Assembly (NCBI GenBank): GCA_049297495.1
Contig: JBAQUL010000015.1
Coordinates: 609 to 64,608 of the forward strand
Source: Candidatus Moraniibacteriota bacterium
Lineage (GTDB): Bacteria; Patescibacteriota; Minisyncoccia; Moranbacterales; UBA2206
Reading direction: 5' to 3'
DNA: 64,000 nt
Below are positions 1-9,213 of the stretch, in pieces. The notes beneath the pieces were generated by a model. It was given only the letters and a program-made list of their open reading frames with translations. It was not told the DNA's origin and ran no database searches. Every line of letters begins with the position of its first letter. Position 1 is the stretch's first letter. Made by a program: the position numbers and the translations under genes.

Positions 1-1
1 A

Positions 2-523
2 CAGGAAGCCCTCAATACCAAACTGACAGCAGATCTCAAATCCATGCAAGATCAAGTGGCGCTATTGCAAAAACAATCTGATACATTCACTCAATTCCTT
101 CTTGCTTTTGATGTAAGTAGTGTTGATAACTTCGCCAAAAAGAATGCGCCAATCAATACTTTCGTGGGACAATTGGAAGCGGAAGGGATGGTGGCTGGGG
201 CATTTAGTGTAAAGGTTGTGGACGAAAGCGCCGCTACGATTGGAAAATCTGCTATTTGTCAGTCGGTCAAAGTACTTCAGGATGGGGCTTGTTTAATCTA
301 TGACGGCGCTGATGCAAAAATGATACCAGCTAATGGAAGGAGTGTGACCATTAAAACTACATCGGTCACTGCTGATTCCAAAATATTTGTTACGCCAAAA
401 TTAGCGATTACTCAACCACTCGCTGTAACAAGCATTATTCCCGGTGTTAGTTTTGATGTTGAGGTAAAAGATGTCATGCTAGAAGACGTTGATTTTGACT
501 GGTTTATCGTGGAGGAAAGATAG
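2..523 (+). CDS. Hypothetical protein, C-terminal part (reading frame stays open to the window start, so it is 5'-truncated)
   Basis: The ORF frame is open from position 2 with no upstream stop, and the 159-aa tail has no recognisable motifs. Confidence 0.45.
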   Translation, partial: QEALNTKLTADLKSMQDQVALLQKQSDTFTQFLLAFDVSSVDNFAKKNAPINTFVGQLEAEGMVAGAFSVKVVDESAATIGKSAICQSVKVLQDGACLIYDGADAKMIPANGRSVTIKTTSVTADSKIFVTPKLAITQPLAVTSIIPGVSFDVEVKDVMLEDVDFDWFIVEER

Positions 524-702
524 TAAAAGTATAAAATATTTCATGAGTAAAATACTAAAATATTATTTTTCGGAATTCGCCTTTAGGAACCCTTTAAGGC
601 AAGCGCGTAAGTCCTATATTTGCTCGGGGTGGATGAGAAAGTTTGCCAAAAATCGAACTTAGTGATATATTACATAACAGATTAACTATTTTATTTTAAA
701 CT

Positions 703-909
703 ATGCCAGTAGCAAGAAAACGCCATACTAAGGCCCGAAGAGACAGAGCCCGAGTGTTCTATAAGCTAAAACCGAAAAATTTAGTAGAATGCACTAACTG
801 CAAAACGCAAATTGAAGCCCATGTCGTTTGTAGTAATTGTGGTCAATATAAGGGAAAAGAAGTGGTTGATACCACCAAAAAGCTTGCCCGAAAAGCGAAG
901 AAGAAATAA
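703..909 (+). CDS. rpmF: 50S ribosomal protein L32
   Basis: The 68-aa basic protein has an N-terminal MPVxRKRHTKARRDRAR and a C-x2-C...C-x2-C zinc ribbon followed by YKGKEV, which is the typical bacterial L32 pattern. Confidence 0.85.
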   Translation: MPVARKRHTKARRDRARVFYKLKPKNLVECTNCKTQIEAHVVCSNCGQYKGKEVVDTTKKLARKAKKK

Positions 910-999
910 GTACTTTCGCGCCTTTGTGAAAGGGGCGTTTCAACAAAACATGACTTACACATTTGTCCGGGCAAACGCATAAGTCCTATAAAAATAAGA

Positions 1000-1503
1000 A
1001 TGGCAAATCGGCACTTATCAAGGTCAATAGCGATGCAATCTCTCTATGAGTGGGATTTTAAGGGTGGGAAAAAGGAAAAGATGCCTGAAATTATCCAAAA
1101 AAATATTAAGGAGTTTGCGCCCGGGATGGAGGACTCTTCATTTGTGGAAGCGTTGGTGAAAATGACTTTGGATAATCAAGATAAAATTGATCCTTTGATT
1201 GAAAAATGTGCTCCGGAATGGCCACTTGATCAAGTAACTCTGGTTGATCGTAATATTTTACGCTTGGGAATTTGCGAACTGCTTTTTGGCAGCTACGAGG
1301 AAGTGCCTCCAAAGGTGGCCATTAATGAGGCTATTGAACTGGCCAAATCTTTTGGCGGCGAATCATCCGGACGTTTTGTTAATGGTGTTTTGGGAACGAT
1401 TTATCGCGAATTAGGTGAGCCAATGAAAGATGACACAACGAAGAAGAAAAAAAATAGCAAGGACAAAGATAAAGAAGATCCAAAAGACGAGAAAGTGGAG
1501 TAG
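1000..1503 (+). CDS. nusB: Transcription antitermination factor NusB
   Basis: It has the NusB-family core ([26 protein letters not shown]) and an N-terminal SLYEWDF motif. The lysine/aspartate-rich C-terminal tail is low-complexity. Confidence 0.85.
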   Translation: MANRHLSRSIAMQSLYEWDFKGGKKEKMPEIIQKNIKEFAPGMEDSSFVEALVKMTLDNQDKIDPLIEKCAPEWPLDQVTLVDRNILRLGICELLFGSYEEVPPKVAINEAIELAKSFGGESSGRFVNGVLGTIYRELGEPMKDDTTKKKKNSKDKDKEDPKDEKVE

Positions 1504-1510
1504 CCTAGGT

Positions 1511-1649
1511 CTTGCGTGTTTGCCAAAAGCAAGCTTTTCTATAGCCAGGGTTGGTCTAGAAAAACTTCTATGATTCTAGGTGCTAGCATGGGCAAAAATG
1601 AACTTTGGAAAACTACGCGCTTTAAAGATTGTTTTTGGCAAATACGCAA
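1511..1649. repeat. Palindromic intergenic element, full-length copy 1 (about 140 bp, MITE-like or structured RNA)
   Basis: Its ends, cttgcgtgtttgccaaaagcaagc and gattgtttttggcaaatacgcaa, are inverted repeats of each other. The internal sequence is shared with copies at 5161-5297 (inverted) and 7932-8073. Confidence 0.6.
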
Positions 1650-1763
1650 TTCATATGATTAGTTAATTTAATTTTAAGTTAATTCTCAGTTCACAATTCT
1701 CAATTTATTTACCTGCCGGTATGCAGGCGGAAAATTTTCAGTTAAATAATTTTCAAGAAGTTT

Positions 1764-1816
1764 GAAAATTGAAAATTGAAAATTCAATGAAAATTGAAAA
1801 TTGAAAATTGAAAATT
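1764..1816. repeat. Tandem heptamer repeat: three copies of GAAAATT, then CAAT, then four more copies
   Basis: This is read directly from the sequence. It overlaps the 5' end and putative TTG start of the rnc ORF. Confidence 0.85.
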
Positions 1817-2517
1817 TCATTCTAGTGATCGAAGATCTAGCAAAAAAAGTTGGAGTAAAATTTAATAATCTGGACCTGTTGCAACAAGCCGTTACCCATC
1901 GGTCCTATTTGAATGAGCATCGGGATTACAAATTGGATCACAATGAGCGCTTGGAATTTTTGGGTGATGCAGTTTTGGAGTTGGTCGTGACAGAATATCT
2001 CTATAACAACTATCCTGACAATCCAGAAGGTGAGATGACTAATTGGCGGGCGGCTTTGGTAAATGGTGAAATGTTGGCGGTGATTTCTAAGGAAATTGGA
2101 GTGGAAGAGTATCTAATGATGAGCAGAGGTGAAGCCAAGGACACTGGGCGGGCTAGGCAGTATCTCCTGGCTAATGCTTTTGAAGCGATTACCGGAGCAA
2201 TCTATCTCGATCAAAAAACCAAAGGCTATAACGCTTGTCGTGACTTTATTTTGAAACATGTGGTGACGAAGTTACCTAATATTATTGAAAAAAAACTCTA
2301 TCTTGATGCCAAGAGTCGCTTCCAGGAAGAGGCGCAAGAAAGGTCCGGTCTCACGCCGTCCTATCGCGTTTTGGAAGAAACTGGCCCAGACCATGACAAA
2401 AAATTTGTTGTTGGCGCTTATGTGGGAGATGAAATGGTGGCGAAGGGCGAAGGACTTTCCAAACAAGAAGCACAGCGGAATGCGGCCGAAAAAGCTTTGG
2501 AGGAAAAAGGGTGGTAG
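1801..2517 (+). CDS. rnc: Ribonuclease III
   Basis: It has the RNase III signature ERLEFLGDAVLELVVTEYLY and a C-terminal dsRBD. The start is ambiguous: a TTG at 1801 lies inside the heptamer repeat, with a GTG alternative at 1825. Confidence 0.85.
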   Translation: MKIENFILVIEDLAKKVGVKFNNLDLLQQAVTHRSYLNEHRDYKLDHNERLEFLGDAVLELVVTEYLYNNYPDNPEGEMTNWRAALVNGEMLAVISKEIGVEEYLMMSRGEAKDTGRARQYLLANAFEAITGAIYLDQKTKGYNACRDFILKHVVTKLPNIIEKKLYLDAKSRFQEEAQERSGLTPSYRVLEETGPDHDKKFVVGAYVGDEMVAKGEGLSKQEAQRNAAEKALEEKGW

Positions 2518-2526
2518 TAAATATGC

Positions 2527-2542
2527 GACTTACGCGTAAGTC
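2527..2542. repeat. Perfect 16-bp palindrome GACTTACGCGTAAGTC, the short form of the intergenic element with its two ends abutting
   Basis: This is read directly. The same half-sites occur with variable spacing at 952-985, 3075-3099, 599-652, 5161-5297 and 7932-8073. Confidence 0.6.
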
Positions 2543-2568
2543 CTAAAATATTTGATACTTTTAATTTT

Positions 2569-3066
2569 ATGCACTTATCCTTGCCTTTGCATTTGTTAAT
2601 TCATTTCGCGTTTAGTCTTTTGGCGGGACTGATTGTATGGAGGATTTGGAAAAAGCCGTTTTTAGCGGCTATTTTTGGTTTTTTTGGAGGATTTCTTATC
2701 GACCTGGATCACTTTATCGATTATTATCTGGCATTTGGCTTGGATTGGAAATGGCAATATTTTGAAAAAGGCAATCAATTTTTGAAATCGGGTAACATCT
2801 ATGTTTTGTTTCATGCGTGGGAATATGCTATCATTCTGATGTTACTTCTGTTTATTGTTAAAAATAAATACGCCAGAACAATTATTCTAAGTTTGGCCTT
2901 AGGTATTTTTTTTCATCTAGCGACCGATGTTGTTATTGATGATATGCCGATCAAATCCTATTCCCTCAATTATAGAATAGCGCATGATTTCAAGATTTCT
3001 CAGATTGTAAAGGCAGAAAATTATGAAAAGCATCAAAGAAGAAGGCTGCAGATGAAATTTGAATAA
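2569..3066 (+). CDS. Polytopic membrane protein, possibly a membrane-bound metal-dependent hydrolase (YdjM-like)
   Basis: It has four or more hydrophobic helices and LIDLDHFIDY and HAWEY motifs. There is no firm family assignment. Confidence 0.4.
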   Translation: MHLSLPLHLLIHFAFSLLAGLIVWRIWKKPFLAAIFGFFGGFLIDLDHFIDYYLAFGLDWKWQYFEKGNQFLKSGNIYVLFHAWEYAIILMLLLFIVKNKYARTIILSLALGIFFHLATDVVIDDMPIKSYSLNYRIAHDFKISQIVKAENYEKHQRRRLQMKFE

Positions 3067-3074
3067 ATACATAA

Positions 3075-3099
3075 TTTACGTGTTTGGTAAACGCGTAAG
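3075..3099. repeat. Short palindromic form of the intergenic element (TTTACGTGTTTGG / TAAACGCGTAAG)
   Basis: It is an inverted repeat read directly, with the same end sequences as the full-length copies. Confidence 0.5.
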
Positions 3100-3120
3100 A
3101 TAAAAATAATTAAAAACAAT

Positions 3121-4062
3121 ATGACAAAAAAAATCTTAGTGACGGGTGGGGCGGGTTTTATCGGTTCACATCTTTGTCGGAAACTTCTGGCTGAGGGAAA
3201 TGAGGTTCTCTGCGTGGATAATTTTTTCACAGGTAATAAGAATAATATCCTTGATCTCTTGGAAAGCAAAAAATTTGAACTTCTGCGCCATGATGTGACT
3301 TTTCCACTCTATGTTGAAGTTGATCAGATCTATAACCTAGCGTGCCCGGCCTCTCCAATTCACTATCAATTTGATCCAGTGCAAACAACCAAGACTTCTG
3401 TGCATGGTGCAATTAATATGCTTGGGCTGGCCAAGAGAACAAAGGCGAGAATTTTGCAGGCCTCTACTTCGGAGGTCTATGGTGATCCGCAAATGCATCC
3501 ACAACCGGAAACGTATTGGGGGCATGTCAATCCAATCGGTTTTCGCTCTTGCTATGATGAAGGTAAGCGCTGTGCTGAAACTTTGTTTTTTGACTACTAT
3601 CGTCAAGATAAGCTAGATATTCGCGTGATTCGCATTTTCAATACCTATGGTCCAGGCATGCATCCAGCGGATGGGCGAGTAGTTTCCAATTTTATTGTGC
3701 AGGCGCTCCAAAATCAAGACATCACGATTTATGGTGATGGCACCCAAACGCGCAGTTTTCAATATGTCGATGATCTCATTTCTGGTATGACCAAGATGAT
3801 GAATAATGAAAAAGGCTTTGTCGGACCGGTTAATATCGGCAATCCGAATGAGTTCACCATTAGAGAGTTGGCCGAAAAAGTGATTGCGATGATCCCGGAG
3901 AGTAAAAGCAAAATCATTTTCAAAGATTTGCCTCAAGACGATCCGAAACAAAGAAAGCCAGATATCAGTCTCGCTAAAAAAGAATTGAACTGGGAGCCAA
4001 CGATTCAATTGGAAGCGGGTCTCCAAAAAACAATTGAGTATTTCAAAACGGTAACTCTATGA
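3121..4062 (+). CDS. UDP-glucuronate decarboxylase (UDP-xylose synthase), extended short-chain dehydrogenase/reductase (SDR) family
   Basis: It has [10 protein letters not shown], the VDNFFTG motif typical of UXS/ArnA-type decarboxylases, and a YxxxK catalytic region. Confidence 0.8.
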   Translation: MTKKILVTGGAGFIGSHLCRKLLAEGNEVLCVDNFFTGNKNNILDLLESKKFELLRHDVTFPLYVEVDQIYNLACPASPIHYQFDPVQTTKTSVHGAINMLGLAKRTKARILQASTSEVYGDPQMHPQPETYWGHVNPIGFRSCYDEGKRCAETLFFDYYRQDKLDIRVIRIFNTYGPGMHPADGRVVSNFIVQALQNQDITIYGDGTQTRSFQYVDDLISGMTKMMNNEKGFVGPVNIGNPNEFTIRELAEKVIAMIPESKSKIIFKDLPQDDPKQRKPDISLAKKELNWEPTIQLEAGLQKTIEYFKTVTL

Positions 4063-5144
4063 AAAAGAAAATTCTAATTACCGGTGGTGCAGGACTTGCC
4101 CTTCACCACCTGACCGAAAGCAAAGCCAAGAAACTTGCCAGGACGCATAAAAAAATTCTAGTAACAGGTGGTGCGGGGTATATCGGTAGTCATGCGGTTA
4201 AATTATTTCTGGAAAAGGGCTATGAAGTAGTCGTTTTTGATAATTTATTTCGTGGCTTCAAAGAACCGATTCGGATTCTCAAAAAAAGCGGTAAATTGAT
4301 TTTTATTCAGGGTGATTTGCGAAATAAGGCGGATATTGAAAAAGTTTTTCGCGCGCACAAGATTGATTGCGTCTTGCACTTTGCTGCGCTTTGTCTGGTG
4401 AACGAATCGATGGAAAATCCGGGATTATATTTTGAGAATAACGTTTGTGGCAGCCTCAATCTTTTTGAGGCAATGAAGAAATTTAAGGTGGGAAAGATTA
4501 TTTTTTCTTCAACGTGTGCGACATACGGCGAGACAAAATATCTCCCGGTAGACGAGAAGCATCCGCAAAATCCAGTCAATCCTTATGGAGAATCAAAGCT
4601 TTTGGTGGAAAAAATGCTTCCTTGGTACGAGGCCTTTGGCTTGCGTTATGTGATTTTGCGCTATTTTAATATTTGCGGCGCAGCTACATCAGGCATAATC
4701 GGAGACAGCAAAAAACCCTCACAACTTTTGATGCAAAACGCGGTGCGTGGGGCGATGGGGATTGAACCGTTCGCGTTTACCTGCGCTAAAGTGAAAACGC
4801 CTGACGAAACACCAATCCGTGACTATATTGACGTGGAAGACTTGGTTGAGGCGCATTTTGCCGCCTATGAATTTTTGAGAGTTGGTGGAAAAAGTGACGT
4901 GTTTAATCTGGGAAATGGTAAAGGCTATTCCGTGAAAGAAATTGTTAGTGAAGTAGAGCAGAGCTTTGGGGTAAGGTTAAAAAAGAAAAAAGCTCAAGCC
5001 CGAAAAGGGGAGTATGCTAAGATTTTTGCCAATCCGAAAAAAGCGCAAAGAATGCTCAAATGGCGACCACGAAAGAGTATCTCAGATAGCGTGGAAAGTT
5101 TGAAAAAGTGGTATGATGGGCATCCCGATGGATATGAAAAGTAG
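4059..5144 (+). CDS. galE: UDP-glucose 4-epimerase
   Basis: It has [14 protein letters not shown] and a GalE-like SDR core. Its start overlaps the upstream stop (ATGA). The N-terminus carries a duplicated KKILxTGGAG motif separated by an 18-aa insert. Confidence 0.8.
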   Translation: MKKKILITGGAGLALHHLTESKAKKLARTHKKILVTGGAGYIGSHAVKLFLEKGYEVVVFDNLFRGFKEPIRILKKSGKLIFIQGDLRNKADIEKVFRAHKIDCVLHFAALCLVNESMENPGLYFENNVCGSLNLFEAMKKFKVGKIIFSSTCATYGETKYLPVDEKHPQNPVNPYGESKLLVEKMLPWYEAFGLRYVILRYFNICGAATSGIIGDSKKPSQLLMQNAVRGAMGIEPFAFTCAKVKTPDETPIRDYIDVEDLVEAHFAAYEFLRVGGKSDVFNLGNGKGYSVKEIVSEVEQSFGVRLKKKKAQARKGEYAKIFANPKKAQRMLKWRPRKSISDSVESLKKWYDGHPDGYEK

Positions 5145-5160
5145 TTTTATGCTTATATGC

Positions 5161-5297
5161 CTTACGCCTAACCCAAAAGCAATCTTCAAAGCGCGTGGTT
5201 TTTGGAAGTTTGTTTTTTTCTCTTTAGCTCACCAAGTAGCTAAAAATTCTTAGCTAGTCTTGGCTATAGAGAAGCTTGCTTTTGGGTTAGGCGTAAG
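5161..5297. repeat. Palindromic intergenic element, full-length copy 2 (inverted relative to copy 1)
   Basis: It has perfect 20-bp terminal inverted repeats (CTTACGCCTAACCCAAAAGC and GCTTTTGGGTTAGGCGTAAG). Its internal sequence is the reverse complement of copy 1. Confidence 0.6.
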
Positions 5298-5361
5298 TCC
5301 TGTATGATTATTTCAATCGGGTGTATAATATGAGTACAAAAAAGAAGCTTAAACTACAAAA

Positions 5362-6357
5362 ATGACTAACTCGATAAAGTACAGTTTCATAATTCCAGTT
5401 AAAGAGGTGAATGACTATATTCGCGAATCAGTCCCCAAGATTCTGGAAATTGCCAGAGAGGATTACGAAATTATTATTTATCCCGATCATGGCTATGAAA
5501 CAGCTGAGACTTGGCCAAAAACAAAGCAGATTGCCAGCGGACGCGGTCCGGCGGTTAAAAGAAATCTAGCGGTCAGAGATGCGCTGGGTGATTTTTTGGT
5601 TTTCATTGATGACGATTCCTATCCTCGAAAAGATATTTTGGATATTTTGGACGAGGACTTTTCCGATGAAAGCATTGCCGCTGTTGGTGGGCCGGCCATA
5701 ACTCCCGGATCGGATAGCTTTTTGCAAAAAGTTTCCGGTGCCGTTTTTCTCAGTCATCTTTCTGGTGGTTTTCCTGAGCGCTATGTGCCAATCGGAGAGA
5801 AGCACCTAGTAGTTGATTGGCCGACAGTAAATTTGACTGTGCGAAAAAGTGCGTTTTTGAAAGCTGGGGGATTTGATTGCAATTTTTGGCCCGGCGAAGA
5901 TACGAAATTTTGTCTTGATGTGATTGATAAGCTGAAAGAAAATAATAAAATTCTCTATGATCCAAATGTGATTGCTTGGCATCACAGGCGGGAGGGGCTT
6001 TTGCGTCATTTAAAACAAGTTGGAAGCTATGGAATTCATCGTGGATTTTTTGCTAAAAAATACCCTAAGACTTCCTTTAAATTGCGCTATTTCATTCCCA
6101 GTCTTTTTTTGTGTTACGTTGTTGGCGGATTATTCTTGGGTCTATTTTCCATTGATCTCAAAATTCTCTATCTGCTCGGTTGGATATGTTATGCTCTCGC
6201 CATGCTAATCGTGCTTTTCGACATCACGCGCCGTCAAAAAAATTTACCAGTAGCACTCTACGCGCTGATCTATGTATTTTTGACCCACCTTGTGTATGGT
6301 GCAAGATTCCTGCAAGGGTTTTTATTTACAAAAAATTTAAAGAGCAAGTTTCGTTAG
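5362..6357 (+). CDS. Family-2 glycosyltransferase (GT2) with a C-terminal membrane domain
   Basis: It has an N-terminal GT-A fold (FIIPVKE...DDD) and C-terminal transmembrane helices. Confidence 0.7.
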   Translation: MTNSIKYSFIIPVKEVNDYIRESVPKILEIAREDYEIIIYPDHGYETAETWPKTKQIASGRGPAVKRNLAVRDALGDFLVFIDDDSYPRKDILDILDEDFSDESIAAVGGPAITPGSDSFLQKVSGAVFLSHLSGGFPERYVPIGEKHLVVDWPTVNLTVRKSAFLKAGGFDCNFWPGEDTKFCLDVIDKLKENNKILYDPNVIAWHHRREGLLRHLKQVGSYGIHRGFFAKKYPKTSFKLRYFIPSLFLCYVVGGLFLGLFSIDLKILYLLGWICYALAMLIVLFDITRRQKNLPVALYALIYVFLTHLVYGARFLQGFLFTKNLKSKFR

Positions 6358-6444
6358 TATATACAGTTGGGAGGCCTTGGAGAAAAAGGTAATCCGGTCT
6401 ATTATGTATAGGGCTATTTAATTATTATATCAATTACTATTTCT

Positions 6445-7920
6445 ATGAAAATCGCTATTTCCTATCCACCCTTGAAGTCGAAAAAAGGCATCGCTTGTCT
6501 TGGTCAAAATCGCCAATTCCAGTGGTTTAACACCCCAACCTACATCTATCCCGTCATACCGGCTTACGCCGCAACCCTGCTCAAAAACAAGGGCTATGAT
6601 GTGATGTGGGATGAAGGAATCGCTGAGGGGTTGACCTATGCAGCTTGGCAAAAAAGAATCGTGGCTGAAGCGCCAGATCTTATCGCCTTTGAAACAAAAA
6701 CCCCTGTCATCAAGATGCACTGGCAAGTGATAGCCAAACTCAAATTGGAACTTCCGAAGACGAAAATAGTGCTCATGGGAGATCATGTGACGGCCTTTCC
6801 GGAAGAATCAATGCAAAATTCACTGGCAGATTTTGTGATTGCCAGCGGTGACTATGATTTCATGCTTTTGAATCTGGCCAATCATCTGAAAAATGGTGAG
6901 GTTTTGGAAGGTGGATTTTGGTGTCGCAATGGTGAAGGAAAAATTTCCAACACCGGGCCGGCAGATCTTTCCAAGCATGATCTCAACACGCTGCCCATCA
7001 TTGATCGCGAACTGACCAAATGGAAACTCTATGCCTACAAGAACGGTAATTTCAAATATACTCCCGGGGCATATATGATGAGCGGACGAGATTGTTGGTG
7101 GGGAAGATGTACTTTTTGCGCTTGGACCATTCTTTTTCCGGGCAAAAATTTTCGCACCATGTCAGCCAAAAAAGCCCTGGATGAAGTGGAGAACTTGATC
7201 AAGCTTGGCGCGAAGGAAATTATGGAAGATTCCGGGTCATTGCCGATTGGCCCGTGGCTCGAAGAATTTTGCACTGGAATGATTGAGCGCGGGTATAATA
7301 AAAAAATCACCATGAGTTGCAATATGCGCATCACCGGAATTCGGGACCCCAAGATTTGGGCACTGATGAAAAAAGCCGGTTTTCGTTTTGTGCTCTTCGG
7401 TCTTGAATCAGCCAATCAAGAAACGCTTGATCGGATTGATAAGAATCTCAAAGTGGAGGAAATTGAACCGGGGCTAAAACTTTGCAAAGAAGCTGGTCTT
7501 GAGCCACACATCACCGCTATGATTGGTTACCCTTGGGAAACCAAGGAGATGGCTGAGCGCACAATTGCGCTGGCCAAAAAACTTTTCAAAGACGGTCATG
7601 TGGATACACTGCAAGGTACAATCGTCATCCCATATCCTGGCACGCCGCTGCATAAATATTGCTTAGAGAACAACTTGCTGCTCACCCAGGACTATGCTCA
7701 CTATGATCAAAGGGAGATGGTGATGAAATCGCAGATTGATTCGAAAGAAGCGAAAGACTTGGTGCAGGGACTGTATAAATCTTTTGCCAGCCCGCAATTT
7801 ATTTGGCGCAAATTGATTTCTATTCGCAATTTTGCTGATATTAAATTTCTGTTCGTTACTGGCTGGAAATGGCTGGGGAAAATGATTGATTTTTCCAAGT
7901 CAAAAAAAGAAAGTTGTTAG
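6445..7920 (+). CDS. B12-binding-domain radical SAM protein
   Basis: The N-terminus is a B12-binding-like domain and is followed by a cysteine cluster, CWWGRCTFC. The architecture matches class B radical SAM enzymes. Confidence 0.7.
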   Translation: MKIAISYPPLKSKKGIACLGQNRQFQWFNTPTYIYPVIPAYAATLLKNKGYDVMWDEGIAEGLTYAAWQKRIVAEAPDLIAFETKTPVIKMHWQVIAKLKLELPKTKIVLMGDHVTAFPEESMQNSLADFVIASGDYDFMLLNLANHLKNGEVLEGGFWCRNGEGKISNTGPADLSKHDLNTLPIIDRELTKWKLYAYKNGNFKYTPGAYMMSGRDCWWGRCTFCAWTILFPGKNFRTMSAKKALDEVENLIKLGAKEIMEDSGSLPIGPWLEEFCTGMIERGYNKKITMSCNMRITGIRDPKIWALMKKAGFRFVLFGLESANQETLDRIDKNLKVEEIEPGLKLCKEAGLEPHITAMIGYPWETKEMAERTIALAKKLFKDGHVDTLQGTIVIPYPGTPLHKYCLENNLLLTQDYAHYDQREMVMKSQIDSKEAKDLVQGLYKSFASPQFIWRKLISIRNFADIKFLFVTGWKWLGKMIDFSKSKKESC

Positions 7921-7931
7921 ATATTATTCAA

Positions 7932-8073
7932 GACTTACGCGCTTGCCAAGAACAAACTTTTCTATAGCCTAGGTTGATCTGGAAACTTTAATGGTTTCAG
8001 GGGGAGTAAATAAGTAAAAACAAACTCTAAAAAGCCACGCGCTTTAAAGATTGTTTTTGGTAAGTGTGTAAGT
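7932..8073. repeat. Palindromic intergenic element, full-length copy 3
   Basis: Its ends are GACTTACGCGCTTGCCAAG and GGTAAGTGTGTAAGTC. Its internal sequence is homologous to copies 1 and 2, with an extra insertion of about 25 bp. Confidence 0.6.
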
Positions 8074-8082
8074 CATATAATT

Positions 8083-9120
8083 ATGGAAAATAACCTGCCT
8101 TCAATTAGTGTTTGCATGGCGACGCTCAATGCGCAGTTGACACTTGAGGAATGTCTTTCCCGTTTGGCTATTCAAGATTACCCAAAAGAGAAGATCGAAT
8201 TGATTGTTGGAGAGGGCGGATCAACTGATTCGACAGTTGAGATTGTGAAAAAATATGGGGGGAAGATTTTTGAAAATATCTTGAAAACGGGCGAATCCGG
8301 GAAAGCTGTGGCGCTTCGTGAGGCAAAAAACGAATTGGTGCTAATTTTGGATTCGGATAATTTTTTGCCGGATTCGGGCTGGCTGAGAAAGATGGTCGCG
8401 CCTTTTTCCGATCCGGAAATCAGGCTTTCTGAGCCGATAAAGTATACATGGAGAAAAGAAGGTGGCTATATCGAGCGCTACTGCGCACTCATCGGGATGA
8501 ATGATCCTGTTTGCCTTTTCTTGGGTAACTATGACCGCTGGAATTATCTGACAAAGAAGTGGACTGCCGTGCCACATGAAGAAAAAGATTTGGGGGGATA
8601 TCTAAAAATAAAGCTGACGAAAGCGGGGATTCCGACCGTGGGAGCGAATGGCACAATTTTTCGTACCGCTTTTTTGCAAAAAATTAACACAGGAAACTAT
8701 CTTTTTGATATTGATGTTATCGCCAAGGAAATCGCCGAAAAAGGCTTGATTTATATTGCCAAAGTTAAAGTAGGCATCATCCATACCTTTTGTGAAGCCA
8801 ATTTTGGCAAGTTTATTCGCAAACAAAAAAGACGCATCAAAGATTATACCTTTCACAAAAAAAATAAATCCCGAGTTTTTGATTGGAGCAAGTTTGAGAT
8901 TGGCGGAGAATCATCCTTTGGACTTTTGAAATTCGTGCTCTATACAATCCTGATTTTTCCTTTGCTCATCCAATCTCTGATTGGCTATTCACGCAAAAAA
9001 GATCCAGCCTGGTTTTTCCATCTGCCGGCTTGCTGGGTGACTCTTTTTGTTTATGCCTGGGGCAAGTTTATGGGAATTTTCTCTCAAGCCGAGATGAGCC
9101 GGGAGAATTGGAAACAGTAA
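8083..9120 (+). CDS. Family-2 glycosyltransferase
   Basis: It has an N-terminal GT-A domain with VCMATLNA, an LIVGEGGSTD motif, DSDN, and a C-terminal hydrophobic segment. Confidence 0.7.
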   Translation: MENNLPSISVCMATLNAQLTLEECLSRLAIQDYPKEKIELIVGEGGSTDSTVEIVKKYGGKIFENILKTGESGKAVALREAKNELVLILDSDNFLPDSGWLRKMVAPFSDPEIRLSEPIKYTWRKEGGYIERYCALIGMNDPVCLFLGNYDRWNYLTKKWTAVPHEEKDLGGYLKIKLTKAGIPTVGANGTIFRTAFLQKINTGNYLFDIDVIAKEIAEKGLIYIAKVKVGIIHTFCEANFGKFIRKQKRRIKDYTFHKKNKSRVFDWSKFEIGGESSFGLLKFVLYTILIFPLLIQSLIGYSRKKDPAWFFHLPACWVTLFVYAWGKFMGIFSQAEMSRENWKQ

Positions 9121-9213
9121 AACTTTTTGAAAAAAACGAACAGATAAAAAAATCGTGATAAAATAAAGAAGTAATATAAAAATTAAAATGAAAAAACTCC
9201 CCCGGCAATTATT

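Noticed and set aside
1106-1312. Minus-strand 68-aa ORF inside nusB, and many similar short antisense or out-of-frame ORFs in the track. Examples are 2272..2466, 2285..2539, 3227..3616, 4307..4579, 5566..6009, 6430..6786, 7035..7415, 10625..12112, 45175..46250, 46314..48825, 49175..50008, 52031..52560, 60984..61632 and 62586..63032.
   Set aside because: They lie entirely within longer ORFs that have clear protein-family signatures on the other strand or frame. None has a motif, a ribosome-binding site or conservation that I can point to. I treat them as spurious.
1764-1816. Possibility that the heptamer tandem repeat is a CRISPR array or a replication origin iteron.
   Set aside because: The units are 7 bp and directly abutting, with no spacers. 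The region has no DnaA-box-like pattern and no dnaA or dnaN context. It is simple-sequence slippage, not CRISPR.
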